Shown here: positions 25,780 through 39,419 of the stretch, in pieces
Numbering within the stretch: position 1 is the stretch's first letter
Layout: the number at the start of each line of letters is the position of its first letter
Assembly: GCF_009834535.1 (NCBI RefSeq)
Contig: NC_045696.1
Span: 15,874,001 to 15,938,000 of the forward strand
DNA length: 64,000 nucleotides
DNA from: Camelus ferus
Lineage: Eukaryota
Direction of reading: 5' to 3'
Program-made: the position numbers and the translations under genes
Notes under the pieces: generated by a model
What the model saw: only the letters and a program-made list of their open reading frames with translations
What the model was told of the DNA's origin: nothing
The model's database searches: none

Positions 25780-27661
25780 ACTACGTTCTTAAAACCAAGC
25801 TGTGTGTTAGGATAGAGTTCCCTGCCCACATCACTCTTACAGTCAGTTTGGTAGGGGAAAATCAACTGGTAGAAAAGTAGGATTAAATATTAAATGCAGA
25901 ATAACCACAAGTAAAACAGGTAAACCTTTTGGTAGTAAAGCTGAGATCCAAACTGGAGGTGCACCACTTACCCAAATGCTGAATGATAATTGCAAATACT
26001 TCCTGAAGGTTTGCTGTTATTGTAGTAAGTGATGAATGTGTCCACAGCCAGCAGTCACTGTGTGAAAAATGTGGTTGAGCACAAGAAGACACGTCCCTCA
26101 AGGATAATTTTTAGGGTAGCTATAAAATGATCATATCACTTCACTTCTATTTTCCACAGATTCTCAGGGGAAACTCCCTCTCTAAAAGAAGGTTATGATT
26201 TTTTGTCACCTTCCCACTGGGGATTCTCAGTATCCTGATTTGTATTTCACAAGATGCTTTAAACTAGGCAGAAAAGGTGTTGTGCAATTACTATTATTAT
26301 TCCACTTCTGTTTTCATCTGTACTTATTTCTCTGTTAAGTCCATTCATGGTTTCTGTAAAAGCCAAAAGCAAAATGGTACTTAGGGGTGTTAACGAACCA
26401 TTAAAAAATCACACAGAATTGCTTCTGAAGTGAAAGTAAAGTGCAACAAAAAGAAAAGACAACCTAGAAAAGAAAATCAGAATGAATACACTGATTATTT
26501 AAAGATAAACATTCCTTTAACAGTCTCCCAAGGCGTTCTTAAATAATCGACTAGTGACCTAATTTATCAGCTTGATAGTGAGGTCTCATCAAAACCCACT
26601 TTATTTTGGTCACATCATCTTGTAGAAAAAAATATGAATAGAGCTAGCACTAGTCCCTTGAGGTACCCTGGATCTCAACAAGGGTTATTATCATTTTAAG
26701 TTCCTCACTTCCCCCTCCACTCCCCCCACACTGTTGCATACCTCATTATAGCACTCACAATTTTGCATCATGAGTGATTACGCTCTTTTCTGTTTTACCT
26801 GTTTTTCCTAAAATTCAACTGAGTAACTAACTACATCTTATTAACTTTGAATCTCTACTGTGCCTAGCAGAGTTCACAGTAAAAGAGAAGCCAATGTTCT
26901 TACACTAAATTACTCAATCGATCAAGTCTACACTAAGATGAGTGCAATTGCTTAACCAATGTCAGCTCTATCTTTCATTTAGAACCAGCTTTCTAAAATA
27001 TGAAAGGCAGAAGTCAAAACTGAGGTAAAAATAAGTGCTAAATAGAAAACAGACTGAATGAGTAGCCCCTGGAATGTGTTACAGGGAGCCTGAAACCCAC
27101 TGGTGGGTCAGAGAGCTCCTTCCCGTCATTACCTCTATGTTAGCACAGGCCACGTCATGTCAAGTTTGTCGATTTATGCAGCACTATATTGAAAGTTTCT
27201 TGGGCCTTATTCATCTTTGTACCCCCAGTGCCTAGCACAGTGCCTGACATAAGGTAAGTGTCCAATAAAATTAAACTACTAACATTTCCAGTCCTGGATC
27301 TTAACTTTCTGACAAAAATTAACTGCTTATTCCTAAAATAGATGAAATTTACATATTTTGACCAAGCTTTAAAAAATAGCTCTCCTTCTCTGCTCTTCTT
27401 TTGAGCGTAATGAACCCATTCAAGTTCCTATTCAATTCTCGCCTCTCCCAAAAGGGATTCCTTTGAGTACTTTTTCTACTATTTTTCTCCCCCTCGGTAC
27501 CTTTCTATAATTTCCCTCTATTTCTACCTGGTGAAATTAACACTATATGAATTCATCTTGTCCATCCATTTATGGTCCTCCTTTTTCACACCAGAACTTA
27601 AGTTTCCTGTGAGCGAGGTCATCATCTTCACGGTTTTCCATCGTATCCAGTATCTAGAACA

Positions 27662-27992
27662 ACTGTGCTCAGACCTGCTCCATGTTGGAAACACAGGGAG
27701 TTTTTAAATATATTTGGTGGGGGCAGTAATTAGGTTTGTTTGTTTGTTTACTTTTTAATGGAGGCACTGGGGATTGAACCCAGGACCTCGTGCATTCTGG
27801 GAATGCACTCTACCACTGAGCTATGCCCTCCCCTCTGGAAACACAGGAAGCTTTTAAATAGATAGATGCTCAGTCCCTATTCAGAAAAATTAAACCAGAT
27901 TCTCAAGAGCAAGAAACTCAAGCATCACTATTTCATCTTGGTTTAAGATTAACAAGTAATTGTAATTTGCAGCCAAGTCAGAGAACCACTGA
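27662..27992. mobile_element. MER5A-like MITE interrupted by a SINE
   Basis: Right end tgtaatttgcagccaagtcagagaaccactg and internal agatgctcagtccc...caagcatcactattt. Confidence 0.55.
27711..27835 (-). mobile_element. Vic-1-type tRNA SINE with TSD
   Basis: Reverse complement reads ggggagggcatagctcagtggtagagtgcattcccagaatgcacgaggtcctgggttcaatccccagtgcctccatt...aaacctaattactgccccc. TSD tggaaacacagggagtttttaaata (27686-27710) / tggaaacacaggaagcttttaaata (27836-27860). Confidence 0.95.
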
Positions 27993-29094
27993 CCTAGAAC
28001 ATAAGGGCTTATTACTAAGTATAAGCTAAATGAGTGAGTGAATTGACTAGAACTCCATCCTCAGTGTTCAGTATCTGATGTTTATATAGGAGACGCCCTT
28101 TGCTTAATTTCAGAGCCACAGCTGGAACCCTGACAAGTTGTCATGGATATGATGGATTTTAATTTAAGAATCATCCCTTTACTGCCGCTAGAAAAGCTGC
28201 TCGTAATGAGTCAGTAGCAGATTCTGTTTATTCAAGGCATTGTGTTCTGGAACCAGAATAAGTAAAGGGAATCCTCAAAAAAAAAAAAAAAAATCCAAGG
28301 ATAAACAATCCTGAACATGATAAATGGATGGGTGTGATAAGGGAGTTGATTAGTACAAACCAACCCATACACAGATTTTGAAAAATGGGAGATGTCAGCT
28401 ACCCAGACAAAGCAAATATACAATATCCAAACACCATAACATGAAATCTTTTGAAAATATTCTTGAAAATATTTATTTTATTCTGCCTTCTCTCAATTAC
28501 TAAACTCCTCTTGCAGTTCTCAGAGGAGGAAATATTTGCGATTATATCTTGCACTCTGGTGAGCTTCTCGGACTAGACAGATTTATTCCTGCATTTTGCA
28601 AGTTACTCCATCACCCATTCATACTCTGCTTCAGTCAACAGTACAGAAAACATTAAAAGTCCTATTAGCTCTGATATTTTAAAATACAGTCATGAATCTC
28701 CCTTTGGATAATTTACATTTTTCTTTAGTCCTTCCCATCAGCCATAGAATAGCCAAAATAAGAAGCTAGTGGGAAAGTTTTACCCAATGTATTGAAGGGG
28801 AACCTTTTCTTTTTTTCACAAAATTCTTGCTCCCTTCATCCTGGCTACAAATGCCTGATGCTAGATCATACGGAATTTGACAAGAATCATTTTATCCAAT
28901 TTCTAAATTAAGATGCTACAAGTAATAACTAGGAACACTAGTTATTTAATAAGAACCAAAAATTCTTCAGGGTGAGTACAAACACGGAATTAACTTTGGG
29001 TAAATATTATTGGCTAAACTATTTCTTTCTAAAGTGAGAATGATTTATATGACTCTACGTAATACTCGAGAAAATAAAAGAGATAGAAAGGAAT

Positions 29095-29830
29095 TCTATA
29101 GTTTAGATGAGATACCAACTAATTGCAATGGGTGGGTCTTATTTGGAACACAATTTAAATAAACTGAAAACTAATTTTTAAATTCTATAAGGCAGTTGAG
29201 GAAATGTGAACTCTGATAAGGTATTTGATGATAGTAAAGAAATATCAAATTTTTGGATAATGGTATTATGTTGTATTATACTTAAGAGTCCTTTTCATAC
29301 AGAGATACATATTGAAATACTGAAATATTTACAATGAGATATGTCTGAGAATTGCTTTCAAACAATATGGAAGTGGAAATGGATGAAGGTATTGATGAAA
29401 TGAGGGGGGAGGGTAGAGCTCAAGTGGTAGAGCACATGCTTAGCATGTTCAAGGTCCTGGGTTCGATACCCCGTACCTCTTCTAAAAATAAATAAATAAA
29501 TTACTCCCCCGCCCAAAAGTTATTGATGAAACAAGAATGGACCATATATTAATAAGTGCTGAAGTTAGATAATTGGTATATAGGGTTTATTTTACTCCTG
29601 TCTCTATATATAGACAGATATGTAAAGATATGTATATCTATCTATACTTTTTTATTATGATTGTCAAATATACATATGCATGCACAAATATGTATGTATA
29701 TATTTGAAAATTCCCATAATAAAAAGTTATTTTATGGGAATTTATGGGAATTTTCAAATATATATATATTTGAATATATGTATATATGAAAATATATGTA
29801 TATTTGAAAATTCCCATAATAAAAAAGTAA
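29095..29830 (+). mobile_element. Old L1 (L1ME-like) 3' UTR fragment, interrupted by a SINE
   Basis: gtatttgatgatagtaaaga, tggtattatgttg, ctgaaatatttacaatgagatatgtctgagaattgctttcaaacaat and the end tatttgaaaattcccataataaaaaag. Confidence 0.7.
29404..29516 (+). mobile_element. Vic-1-type tRNA SINE with TSD
   Basis: ggggagggtagagctcaagtggtagagcacatgcttagcatgttcaaggtcctgggttcgataccccgtacctc...taaataaattactccccc. TSD aaggtattgatgaaa (29386-29400) / aagttattgatgaaa (29517-29531). Confidence 0.95.
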
Positions 29831-30164
29831 ACAACCAAAACCAAATTAGATAATAGGAAAGACAATGATGACAACAATCAGATATTTCTTGGTGTGGCAG
29901 TGCCAGAAAAAAAAAACAGTAAGTAGAAAAATATGTACAACAAACTTCGATATACTTAGATTCCTTTTCCTATCACTGAGTGAAGAAGAGATTTCAGTCC
30001 AGAACCCTAGGACTCTACCCAAAGATGTTTAATTCTGAAAGTGACAAAGTCTTACTATATAGGACAGTCCCCCACATGGACTACAGAGTAAGGAAAGTAG
30101 TCCAAAGTATTCTGTTTAAATGCCGTGCTATCCTGTTTAAATAGATTTCCCTTTATCAGTTACT

Positions 30165-30520
30165 CCTTCAGTGAATATTCTCCATCGTCTACTATGTCTC
30201 AGAGACCGTTCTAGGTGCTGGAGAGGCAACAACGAGTTAACTGTATGGTCTCTGTCCTGGGGGAGCTTACAGACTATGGCATCACAGCCACTGAATAGAT
30301 AATCAACAAATATGCAACTGGATTTGTGGTAAGTGCTGTAAAGTCACAAGATATTTATTTTATGGGGATATCTGTTATACAGAAATATAGCAAGGCCGCC
30401 TGATCTCCTCTGGACGGTGGTGATGACAAGGCTTCATAGAAGAAGACTTTCCTGAGTAACATGGGAAGCCCTTGCAGGGTGTTAAGTATGTGTGACATGA
30501 TCAGTTTTTCATTTTTATAA
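30165..30520 (-). mobile_element. L2 fragment
   Basis: tctactatgtctcagagaccgttctaggtgctggagag...gtctctgtcctgggggagcttacagacta is L2 3' sequence in reverse. Confidence 0.6.
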
Positions 30521-30554
30521 ACAACTACAGCGTATCAGTAGAATACAGAAATAC

Positions 30555-30690
30555 ATAAGTCTCAGTTTTGCCCTTACTAGCTATGTCTCCTTCAACGTCC
30601 ACACCTTTAAAGCGATAAAACAGTAATTTCTCAATGAGGATTGTACTGAAGATTAAATGAGATAATCCATAGGAAGTTCTCAAAAATATT
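30555..30690 (+). mobile_element. MIR fragment
   Basis: cttactagctatgt...ggattgtactgaagattaaatgagataatccat matches the MIR 3' part. Confidence 0.55.
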
Positions 30691-31789
30691 ACCAATTTTT
30701 AAAACAAGAGAAAGAAGATGGGAACTTGGACCAGTCTGTGAAATTCCAAACTAAAGAAAAAACACATTTTCTATTAAGTATGCCTTTTAAAAAAATCAAT
30801 ACTTGACTTTTAGAGGTCTGTAAAGTTATAACCAATTTTTCAAAATAAAAACAGTCAATTTTCAAACTGATGATTAATGTAAAACATTCCTATGTTAAAA
30901 GATTAGTAACACTTCTAAAAAATCTATTTTATGTTCATATGCCATGCTCATTTCTCATTTACAGGAATATCAATTCATCTCACGCTCAGTAATAACATCA
31001 AAGTATCAATCACAGCCAACATTCTCCTGATTTTATCATCAGGTTCTGTCACATCCAGAGTCATGACAACTACAGTTTGGCCAAGTTAGGAATTCGCCTG
31101 CATTCTGACTCCTACTGAAATATCTCATCATGTAACATTCAAACAATGTTTATAATCTGCAGATTTTTTATTCTATCCTCATTACCACTGTAAAAAAATA
31201 AAATAAAGCAAAACCCCCACAAGCCTACTATTCTTTGCTAGCCAGTTTTAGCTACAGTGAACTTCATGGCAAGATAAAGAATTATGTTGCTCCTTTGTTT
31301 CTTAAAAATATTTGACAAAGATTACAATTGCTCCTGTAATAGCTATGTTTAGAGTTCTGTTCCCTTAATTTTTTTCCTGTGTGGTAAGTTTCAGTGTTGG
31401 TTTGTTCACACAGATCTAAAACTGAAGAGCAAAGATGGGCTGTCCTGGTCACTACTGTCCGTCACATTCACTGATACAGCGTCGCACCCACAGCACAGGC
31501 TACTTAGAAAGGAGAGAGTGTTGTCTGGAAGTGGAGGCAGTCGGCTTCTGGGGCCTGACTTTGCAGTTGATGGTTGTGTGGCTTTGGTAAACCTTTCACC
31601 GATGATGGGACTCGGATCCTATTATCAGCAAAAAATAAAGGAAGCTGACTGGACTAGGGGTTACAAATTTGGCATCTGGGGGCCAGATTTCATTGTAAGC
31701 CAAATCCATTGTTTTTTCAGCCTGCAAAATGCCAGGTGGGCAGAAGCATTCACTTTGCAGTACATCACAGCCCTACTCTTTCCCTTTAA

Positions 31790-32015
31790 TCATTTTTAAA
31801 GTAATAGACTTCGTTTTTTGAATAGTCCCATATTTACAGAAACATTGACCAGATAATAGTTAAATATTCCCTGCACACAGTTTCTCCTGTTACTACCTTC
31901 TTGCTTATGTTTCTTTTCTCTTTCTTTTATTGAAGTATAGTTGATTGATAATGTTGTGACAGTTTCGGCTGTACAGCAGTGATTATACATGTACTTTTTC
32001 AGATTCTTTTATTTA
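31790..32015 (-). mobile_element. Two very short L1 3' end fragments
   Basis: atagacttcgttttttgaatag...tttacagaaacattgacc (older type) and ttttattgaagtatagttgattgataatgttgtg...gtacagcagtgatt (younger type). Confidence 0.6.
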
Positions 32016-32061
32016 CATTTCACCCTAGTCCGGATCTACCTCACCTCCACAGAACTTTCCA

Positions 32062-32276
32062 GTGCAGGATTTAACCTTAACACCACTGACATTTTGAGCT
32101 GGCCCATTCTGTGTTGTGAGGGGCTATCCCGTGCAGTGTCGTGTGAGCATCCGTGATGTCTACTTACTAGATACCAGTAGCTACACTTCCCATTTTGGTG
32201 TGACAACCCAAATGATTTCCAGACATTGCCAAACGCTCCCTAGGAGGCCAAATCGCCCTGGGTTGAGAACCACTGC
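32062..32276 (+). mobile_element. MER20 hAT-Charlie element
   Basis: actgacattttgagctggcccattctgtgttgtgagggctatcccgtgcagtgt...ccagacattgccaaacgctccctaggaggccaaatcgccctgggttgagaaccactg. Confidence 0.85.
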
Positions 32277-33514
32277 CCTAAAATGGAAAATTAAACTTTC
32301 AGAACATACAGCTAAATCCTTCTGACACCCTAGTTCGCCTGCCTGCCTGGAAAAACGTGTCCCTTTGGGAATGAAGCCTGTCCCACAATGAGCACCATGC
32401 TACACTGGCTCCAGCTGCCTGCCTTGCCCCTGTGATCTCTGGTTTCTTATTTTTCTACACTACCTCGGCCAACTACTGACAGAGCCCTGGCTATGAGCAG
32501 CTCATTGTCTTTATCCTCTTGGTATTTGTATTTGATATTTGGTATTATCTCTTCACGTGAGTTCTTTTATCTCTACTTTTAACCTGCAAGCACTTCAAAG
32601 TCAATGACTATAATTTGAGTTCCTCTTTATCTCAGACACGTCTAGAAATGGCTACAATGTAGAATTGTTGGTTCACTGATCATTTTTCAACTCACTACAT
32701 TAAGGAATCTCAGTACATCAAAAGAGTTTTTGAAAAAAATCAATAATAATTGGGAACAAGAGTAAAGCAAGTTGAAGTTACCTGTCTTTGCCAAGTTAAC
32801 AATATCACTTTAATGGAATCATAAGCTTTTATTATTCTGGATCCCTATTTAAAGGTTTATAAGGAACACCTGAGGAATTAATGTGGGGAATTATTGTTTC
32901 CCCAAAATTGATTTTTGAGCTTCTCTGTAACCTTTACCCCTTGATTGTGGCAAAGATTTTTGTGTAACTACAGGACTAAGGAGGTAAATTTAAATGAAGA
33001 TGGAAAATTTCACCTTTTTATATTGTTTCTTTATATTCTGGCTTACCACATTTCAGTAATGTCATCTCTGTGCACAGTGGGCATCTTTTCTGGTCTTCCC
33101 AGCACCTGTACTTGCTTCTAGCAACAGCATCCCCTGCCCTCCTTTAGGGAAGTACCCCTCCCTTACCCAAGACATGATTATGGACAAGCTGGAATTTCAG
33201 TGCTCCACTTTTAACCACATAGAGTGGACACATGGCCAAACAGCCATATTATTGTAAACTGAAAGCTCCTTCTGACAAAGCAGCCCATGAGGGAGGTTCA
33301 GAACTAATTCCTACAGACAAGTCCTTCTCCTTTTTGTTGCTAATAAGAGGAATGTAAACTTAGGACTGCTCTTGATTTCATCCAACATTATAGTTGGAAA
33401 GAATACAGCTAAGACAGAAAGAAGCAGAGATGCTTACAATTCTGCCCCCAGTTCTAGATCTGTCTCAGTGTTCAGTGACTCATCTCAACATCTGTGGTAG
33501 ATTCTATTAATGTT

Positions 33515-33850
33515 CACCATGATCTGCTGCCCTCTCTGTAAGAGGACTCTGTCCCGTCCTCGGTCATGTCACTTGCAGTATCTCCCTGTGGGAGGTGATA
33601 CTTCCCTCCCCCATTCCATCGCCTTGGCCATGTGGCTTGCTTTAACTGGTAAAATATGAGCAGAAGTAACTTATGATACATCCAAGCAGACACATTAAGA
33701 GCCACCACCTCATTCTACAATTATCTTTTTCTTCTTCCATAAGATTGAAATCAGGGCTGCTCCTTCAGTCCAGGCCCTAGAATGAGAAGGTGTGTGAAAC
33801 AGAGCCACACCCAGAATGTAATATAAACAAGGAGCAAACCTTTGTTACTG
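33515..33850 (+). mobile_element. Old MaLR LTR (MLT1I/J-like)
   Basis: cttggccatgtggcttgctttaactggtaaaatatgagcagaagtaac...ttaagagcc...ggctgctccttcagtccaggccctagaatgag...aaacctttgttactg. Confidence 0.65.
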
Positions 33851-34459
33851 TACAACGAATATTCCTTCTAATAAATCAATATTTCTCTCTCTCTCCCCCC
33901 CTCTCTCTTTCTCTTCCTCTTAGAAGATGGTTCTACCAGCTTTTTATCCCTGTATCTGGAAGCATTCTGACTAATGGGCCTATGACTAATATCTATTCAT
34001 TATTCCATGACAAATACATACAATTTAGCAACGCATTTACGAAGCAAATTACCAAGGTCTCAACATGTGTGAGCAACTATACACTTAGTAAGTCTATCCT
34101 AGAAATGGTTATTCTGTCTAAAAAAGAAATTATCTTCAACATTAAACATATGCTCAGAGATGCTAAACAACTTTTCACAGTAACACTAATTTGTCTTAAC
34201 ACTCATATTTACATTATAGCTAATTTTAAGTCTCACATCAAATACAATAATTATAATTTCAACTCATTTTAATAATTCTTTCAATGTATTTTCACTGTTT
34301 TTAATAGTTTAGTAAATATTTAATAAGCACTTAAGAACTGTTACATTTACTTTGACATGCAGTATTACTTGTTTCATGTTGAAATTGAAACATATTAACG
34401 TTGTCATATACGTTTAGATACATAATAAAACTTTGAAATTTCTCTATTTCCATGAGCTA

Positions 34460-35108
34460 ATGTATTACAGACCACCAGTGCATGTCCACGTCTGGTTCTC
34501 CTTTCTTTCCTATAAACACAAGACCATTTTTCTCAACAATCCTGCAGTTAGAGCTAAATGACTAGTTCTAGTTCAATGGTTTATAACCAAGAGCAATTTC
34601 CTCCCTTACCCCCCAACCCACTTGGCCAGGGGACACTCAGTACTACTGTCTGGAGACATCTTTGGTTATCACAGCTTTAGGTGGTGTTACTGGCATCTCG
34701 TGTAAGGAGCTGGGATGCTGCTACACATCCCACTAAGAACAAGACAGCCCTCCAACAACAAAAGATTATTCAGCCCCGAATGCCAATAGTGTTCTAGGTG
34801 ATGAAATTTAATTGGAAGTAATTTAGGTCACTTCCAAACTGTGGCCCTCAAAAGCATCTTTTCTCTTTAGGAAGCAACTGTAGAAACCATATGTTGAAAC
34901 AGAAGAACCACAAGAAGCAAATGAACTGGGTTCCTGAGTCATCAGTCACATAGATAGGAGCTGCCCTGGAGAGTTGCCTGAACCTTAGCAATCTTGGTGT
35001 AATCATTACATAAATCTCTTTCCATCTTTAACCTTTGTTATGTATCTGAAACAGATTTCAGAGCTCATTTGTTACTGCAGCATAATCCATCCTATCCTTA
35101 CAAATGCA
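34460..35108 (+). mobile_element. Old MaLR LTR (MLT1J-like) interrupted by MER20
   Basis: cctgcagttagagctaaatgactagttct ... ggaagtaatttaggtcacttcc ... gggttcctgagtcatc ... tttgttactgcagcataatccatcctatcc. Confidence 0.55.
34625..34792 (-). mobile_element. MER20 fragment
   Basis: ccaggggacac...tgtctggagacatctttggttatcaca...tactggcatct...gggatgctgctacacatccc...aagattattcagccccgaatgccaatagtg is MER20 in the opposite orientation to the 32.1 kb copy. Confidence 0.75.
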
Positions 35109-38100
35109 GCTAGTTTCACAAATTTTCACTTATGTGCATATAAATGTACCACATTTTAAAAATACCAGCTCATACCATATGCACACATCAAGTAGCCTTC
35201 AAATATAACTTATTTTTAGGCAAATACCTTTTATTATTTCAGTCATTAATAATGCTGAGGATTGAAATGACATTATTCAAGAAAGATCAGGATTTAAAGG
35301 ATGTATTTTAAAGACCAGTTGGCAGTACATGAAATAATCTTCAGAATGCAGAACATAATTGTATCAGTGTGAGAAAAAGAGATCTCCTGGGTCTGAAAAT
35401 GAAACTGAGAAACTATAACTTCCAGGGAGTATAGAATGTTTTTGTGCAAAAGTCATAAGAATATAAAATAAGAGGTCTGAAAACAACTTTTTTTCCCTCA
35501 GCAGAGTAGACACTATGCTGCATTTCACAGTTGCCTCGCTACGGCAAGTGATGTATGTTCATAACACAGCGGACAGTGGCTTGGGAAGGGAATTCAATAA
35601 AATCTATGCTGGAGCCAAGAATACAATCCTAGGAAAATGCCTCCAGTTAATCACCTTAATCACTCCCCCTGTGTGCCAGAGAAGGGCTCGCTTGGTAACT
35701 CAGTCTTATTGTAGATTATTTGAATTAGCCAAAAGCAGTGCTACAAAGCTAAGGCTCCCAAAAATAGTTACCTGTTTTTTTCCACACTTTCCACTTTTTT
35801 CCTTTCTCAGTTAAAAGCATAATAATAATTTGTAAGGTCTTCAATTCATGCTTCAAAGCCCATAACAACCATCTTATCATGAGACAGGAAGTTGTTTAAA
35901 AAGGAACAACAAAAGGAATAAGAAATGTGAGTCCTACCGTGATGACGCCAGCGTGCAACATATTGACAAGTTCCAAAATGGCGATACTTGTAGCAACTGT
36001 GTATCCAACCTCAGATTTTCCCAATGGAGACATGTTATTGCCAAGAAGGCCATTAAAACCAAGACACATTTTTTTTTCATTCTAAAATTAATTCTATAGC
36101 ATATTTCATGGATGGCTGGAGATCATTTTGATGTAAACAAGGGAAAAAATAATTTTTTCTAATAATTATTTTTCCCCTCAAATAAATTTGACCTTGTGAT
36201 GATGCTTATTTTTCTAATACAGTCCAGTGGAAGTGAGACTATATGATATTCTGGGAGGCGCACTTGGCTGGTAGTTCTGGGATTCAAATTCTGATACTAA
36301 AGAACTTTCAAAACTCTAGACTGTTATGCAAATATTGCCGAGTCTCTGCCTCCACTGCAAAACACTAGGACCTCACTATCACCTAGAGAGGGAGAGAAGA
36401 AAAGTCCACAGTTGAAACACTGGATATGCAACTTTGTTGTAGGAGTAACCAACAAATTAATATATTTTGTTTAGGGTCATGTAGCGAAGAAAGCCTGGTT
36501 CACACAGAATGACTGCTTCAGAAGATCCAGTCCAAAGGACGGGATGGACCAACAGGGGCATAAGTGGTGACAAGACTAGCTCCTGATGATGTTCAAGGAG
36601 GGATGACAGTCAAGTAGCTGACAGTCCAGGAAGGACGCTACAGCATCATGAAGGCAGCGTCAGGGACTTGGCCTCACAGACTGGAATTCGGACTGGTTGT
36701 CAAGCACCACAGGAAACTGGAGGGCTAAAGACACAGGTTACAGACCCAACCCCACGACCTGGGCTACCTCAACAGAGGGATACACAAGCTGTCCAAACAC
36801 AAAGATTACCAGGACAGGGTCTGTAATAATTATATCACATTCTACTTCCAGGTAGAACTAAAATTCTCAATCTACTCCTCACCCTAGTCAAGACCGGAAG
36901 GGATGTTTGTTGCTACTCACTTTAGAGTCAGGAAAAAGGCAATGACCGAGAAAAAATGATAACTGTATTTAGCTCCTGATATTTTTTTTATCTTACATTT
37001 ACAACGTGCTTGTATACTTTCCTTGGAACTTCTAATGTAACCTCTTAATCTAAATGTTATTCAATATGTAAGCACTCCAGCACTGAGCATAAATGGAGTC
37101 AGTATTATAATTTCACATTGACAGTGCATAAGAAATTAGAAATGCAAGGGTTAAAACTGAGAGAAAATATTTAGTTTTTTAGAATTGTCACCTAGTTAGA
37201 AACCAAATTAAATACTGAAATCAGTCTGTCCAAAGTACAATGTAATTACTGTATGAAACATGTTAAATTATATGACCTTTCTTTCCTGACTGCATTTAAA
37301 TTGTATCCACTGGTACTAGAATTTGAAGATGGATAATGCATATTATTCATCTTTGTAATTCTTCCAGTTTTGTGACTCATAGTAGGTACTCCTTCAATTA
37401 ATGTTCTCCAAAGGAATACATTTGAACCAAGGCTATGATATCAGCTTTACGACCTCAACTTTGACAGTAGGTATAACTGTACCGAAAAATGTGGCTAGTC
37501 TACCCACATGGTTGATCAATAAAGCAATAACACTTTTAACAAGTACAACACCCCCCTGGGGTTTCACAAATTCGGTTCTAATTTTATCCATTGGGAAAGT
37601 CATGGTGATTTTATTTCTAAAATACAATTATCAAACTGCAACAATAGACCTTCATGCAATTGACTGGAGTTGGATAATTCCTGCCCTTTAAGCAAGCATG
37701 AGCTCTCTGGTTTCTTCTTGACTCTGAGATCTGTGTTATTTGCTACTTGTCACTCAGTTTGAGTTGGTAGACTCAGCCTGCCCCATCCCTGTAAGGCATT
37801 TGAGTTTGCCCCAGCTATTCAGCCTGGACCAAAGAACCATCCTGCTTTATCTTACAAGGGTCCTCTCATATAGCTCTTGATACCTCTTGCAAAGCTTTGG
37901 GAAGGACACGTGGGGCTATGACAGAGGCAGAAGACACTCACACACCCACCAGACCAACTGCCTCAACCCATGCTATCACTAGGAACAACCATTACACTGA
38001 AGATTATTCTTTTTTCATGTTTGACATGCACATATCCATGAGGTCGATATGTTACTTTTAAATACCTCGTTAGAGTGATTTCCACTAACTGTGTATTTTC

Positions 38101-39419
38101 ACAATGCCAAATATATCAAAAATGAGTTTTTCTATTGTTCTATATCCCAACATTTTCCAAAGGTAAAAATTAGGAAAGTTTTCTTGGTATCATGATGTTA
38201 TCATCATTTATCATAACTTCACAGGCTGGGTAGGTATATAGTTGCCCAACAAAACTCAAAGATAAGGTCCTTATAATAGAGAGAGATAACAGACCACTGA
38301 GAATATATTATTTTGCTGAAAGTCCTTAGTCATTCGCTAGGTTCCTTTTTCTGAATGTCCACTTTTCTCCTTCAGTGGCTTTGATTAAAATTCTGGGAAT
38401 AGATGCAATTCTCTGGTAATATAGCAGGCAAAATGTAAAGCAGACCACATTAATCTGTCACTAAGCTTTAAATATTCCTTCTCTTTTCTCATACAAAATG
38501 AGCCCCATCTACCATGTGTTTTCATTCCTCCAGCTCCTTTCAGGTTATTGATCTTTGTGTTATTTCTGCAAGCACATGGAAAGGTTTTATCATGTGTCTG
38601 AGTTAAATCTATGATGCATAGAGGCTGCTCTACTCAGCTGAATGTATCTTTAATACTCTTCAAAGTGAATCTTTTAAAAAAAAATCTTCATTAAGAACTG
38701 TTTCCCGTTATAACTTCTAAAGTTACTTGATAGCCTTGCGCAGTTTTACAACATGCACTAAATATAAATGAAGAGCAAATAAAAATAAATATTACACATC
38801 AGGAGTGCTCATAAAACCACTGTGTAATTGTTCTGTCCTCTAACCAAGCCCAAGAAAGTAGAACCTAAAATACTATTTTTAATGTTCTACACTTTCTATT
38901 AAAATCTTATGACTGTTTCCAAGATAAGGCCATCTGCTTAAACCAACGTTGGGCAATTTCTCTTTTTCTCCCATTAAAACAACAAAACAACACCAGAAAT
39001 CCAGAAGCTAAGCAATTTGGCTTTTTAGTAACAACATTTTTAATTAGGAAGATGAAGCATTTTAATCTTAAAAGAAAATTATTTATTCCTCAGAGGTTTA
39101 TTTTTCTATAATACATAACATTGAATGTTGTGAACACATTATTTTCAACAGTCGATGGGTCTCTTGGCTCCAGGGCAGAAATACACACCATGATATTCTC
39201 ACATCAAGAAACAGTTTATTCTCTTAATTACTTACAATGTTTTTTTTTTCTCTAATAACATTTATGGTGTGTTAAGAAAATAAATCAAGAACAATTTGAA
39301 AGTAGAAAAATATGAAACATTCTCTACAGAGGTCACAAAATACAACTGAATGAAAAATGGAAATCTGAGTGGCTGGGGGACTCTACCACTAATCTTGGGT
39401 GTCCAACTGCAATATAAAT

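Noticed and set aside
33790..34272. 160-aa ORF, the longest in the track
   Set aside because: It starts in an MLT1 LTR and crosses a CT microsatellite and AT-rich DNA. Its composition is typical of a chance ORF.
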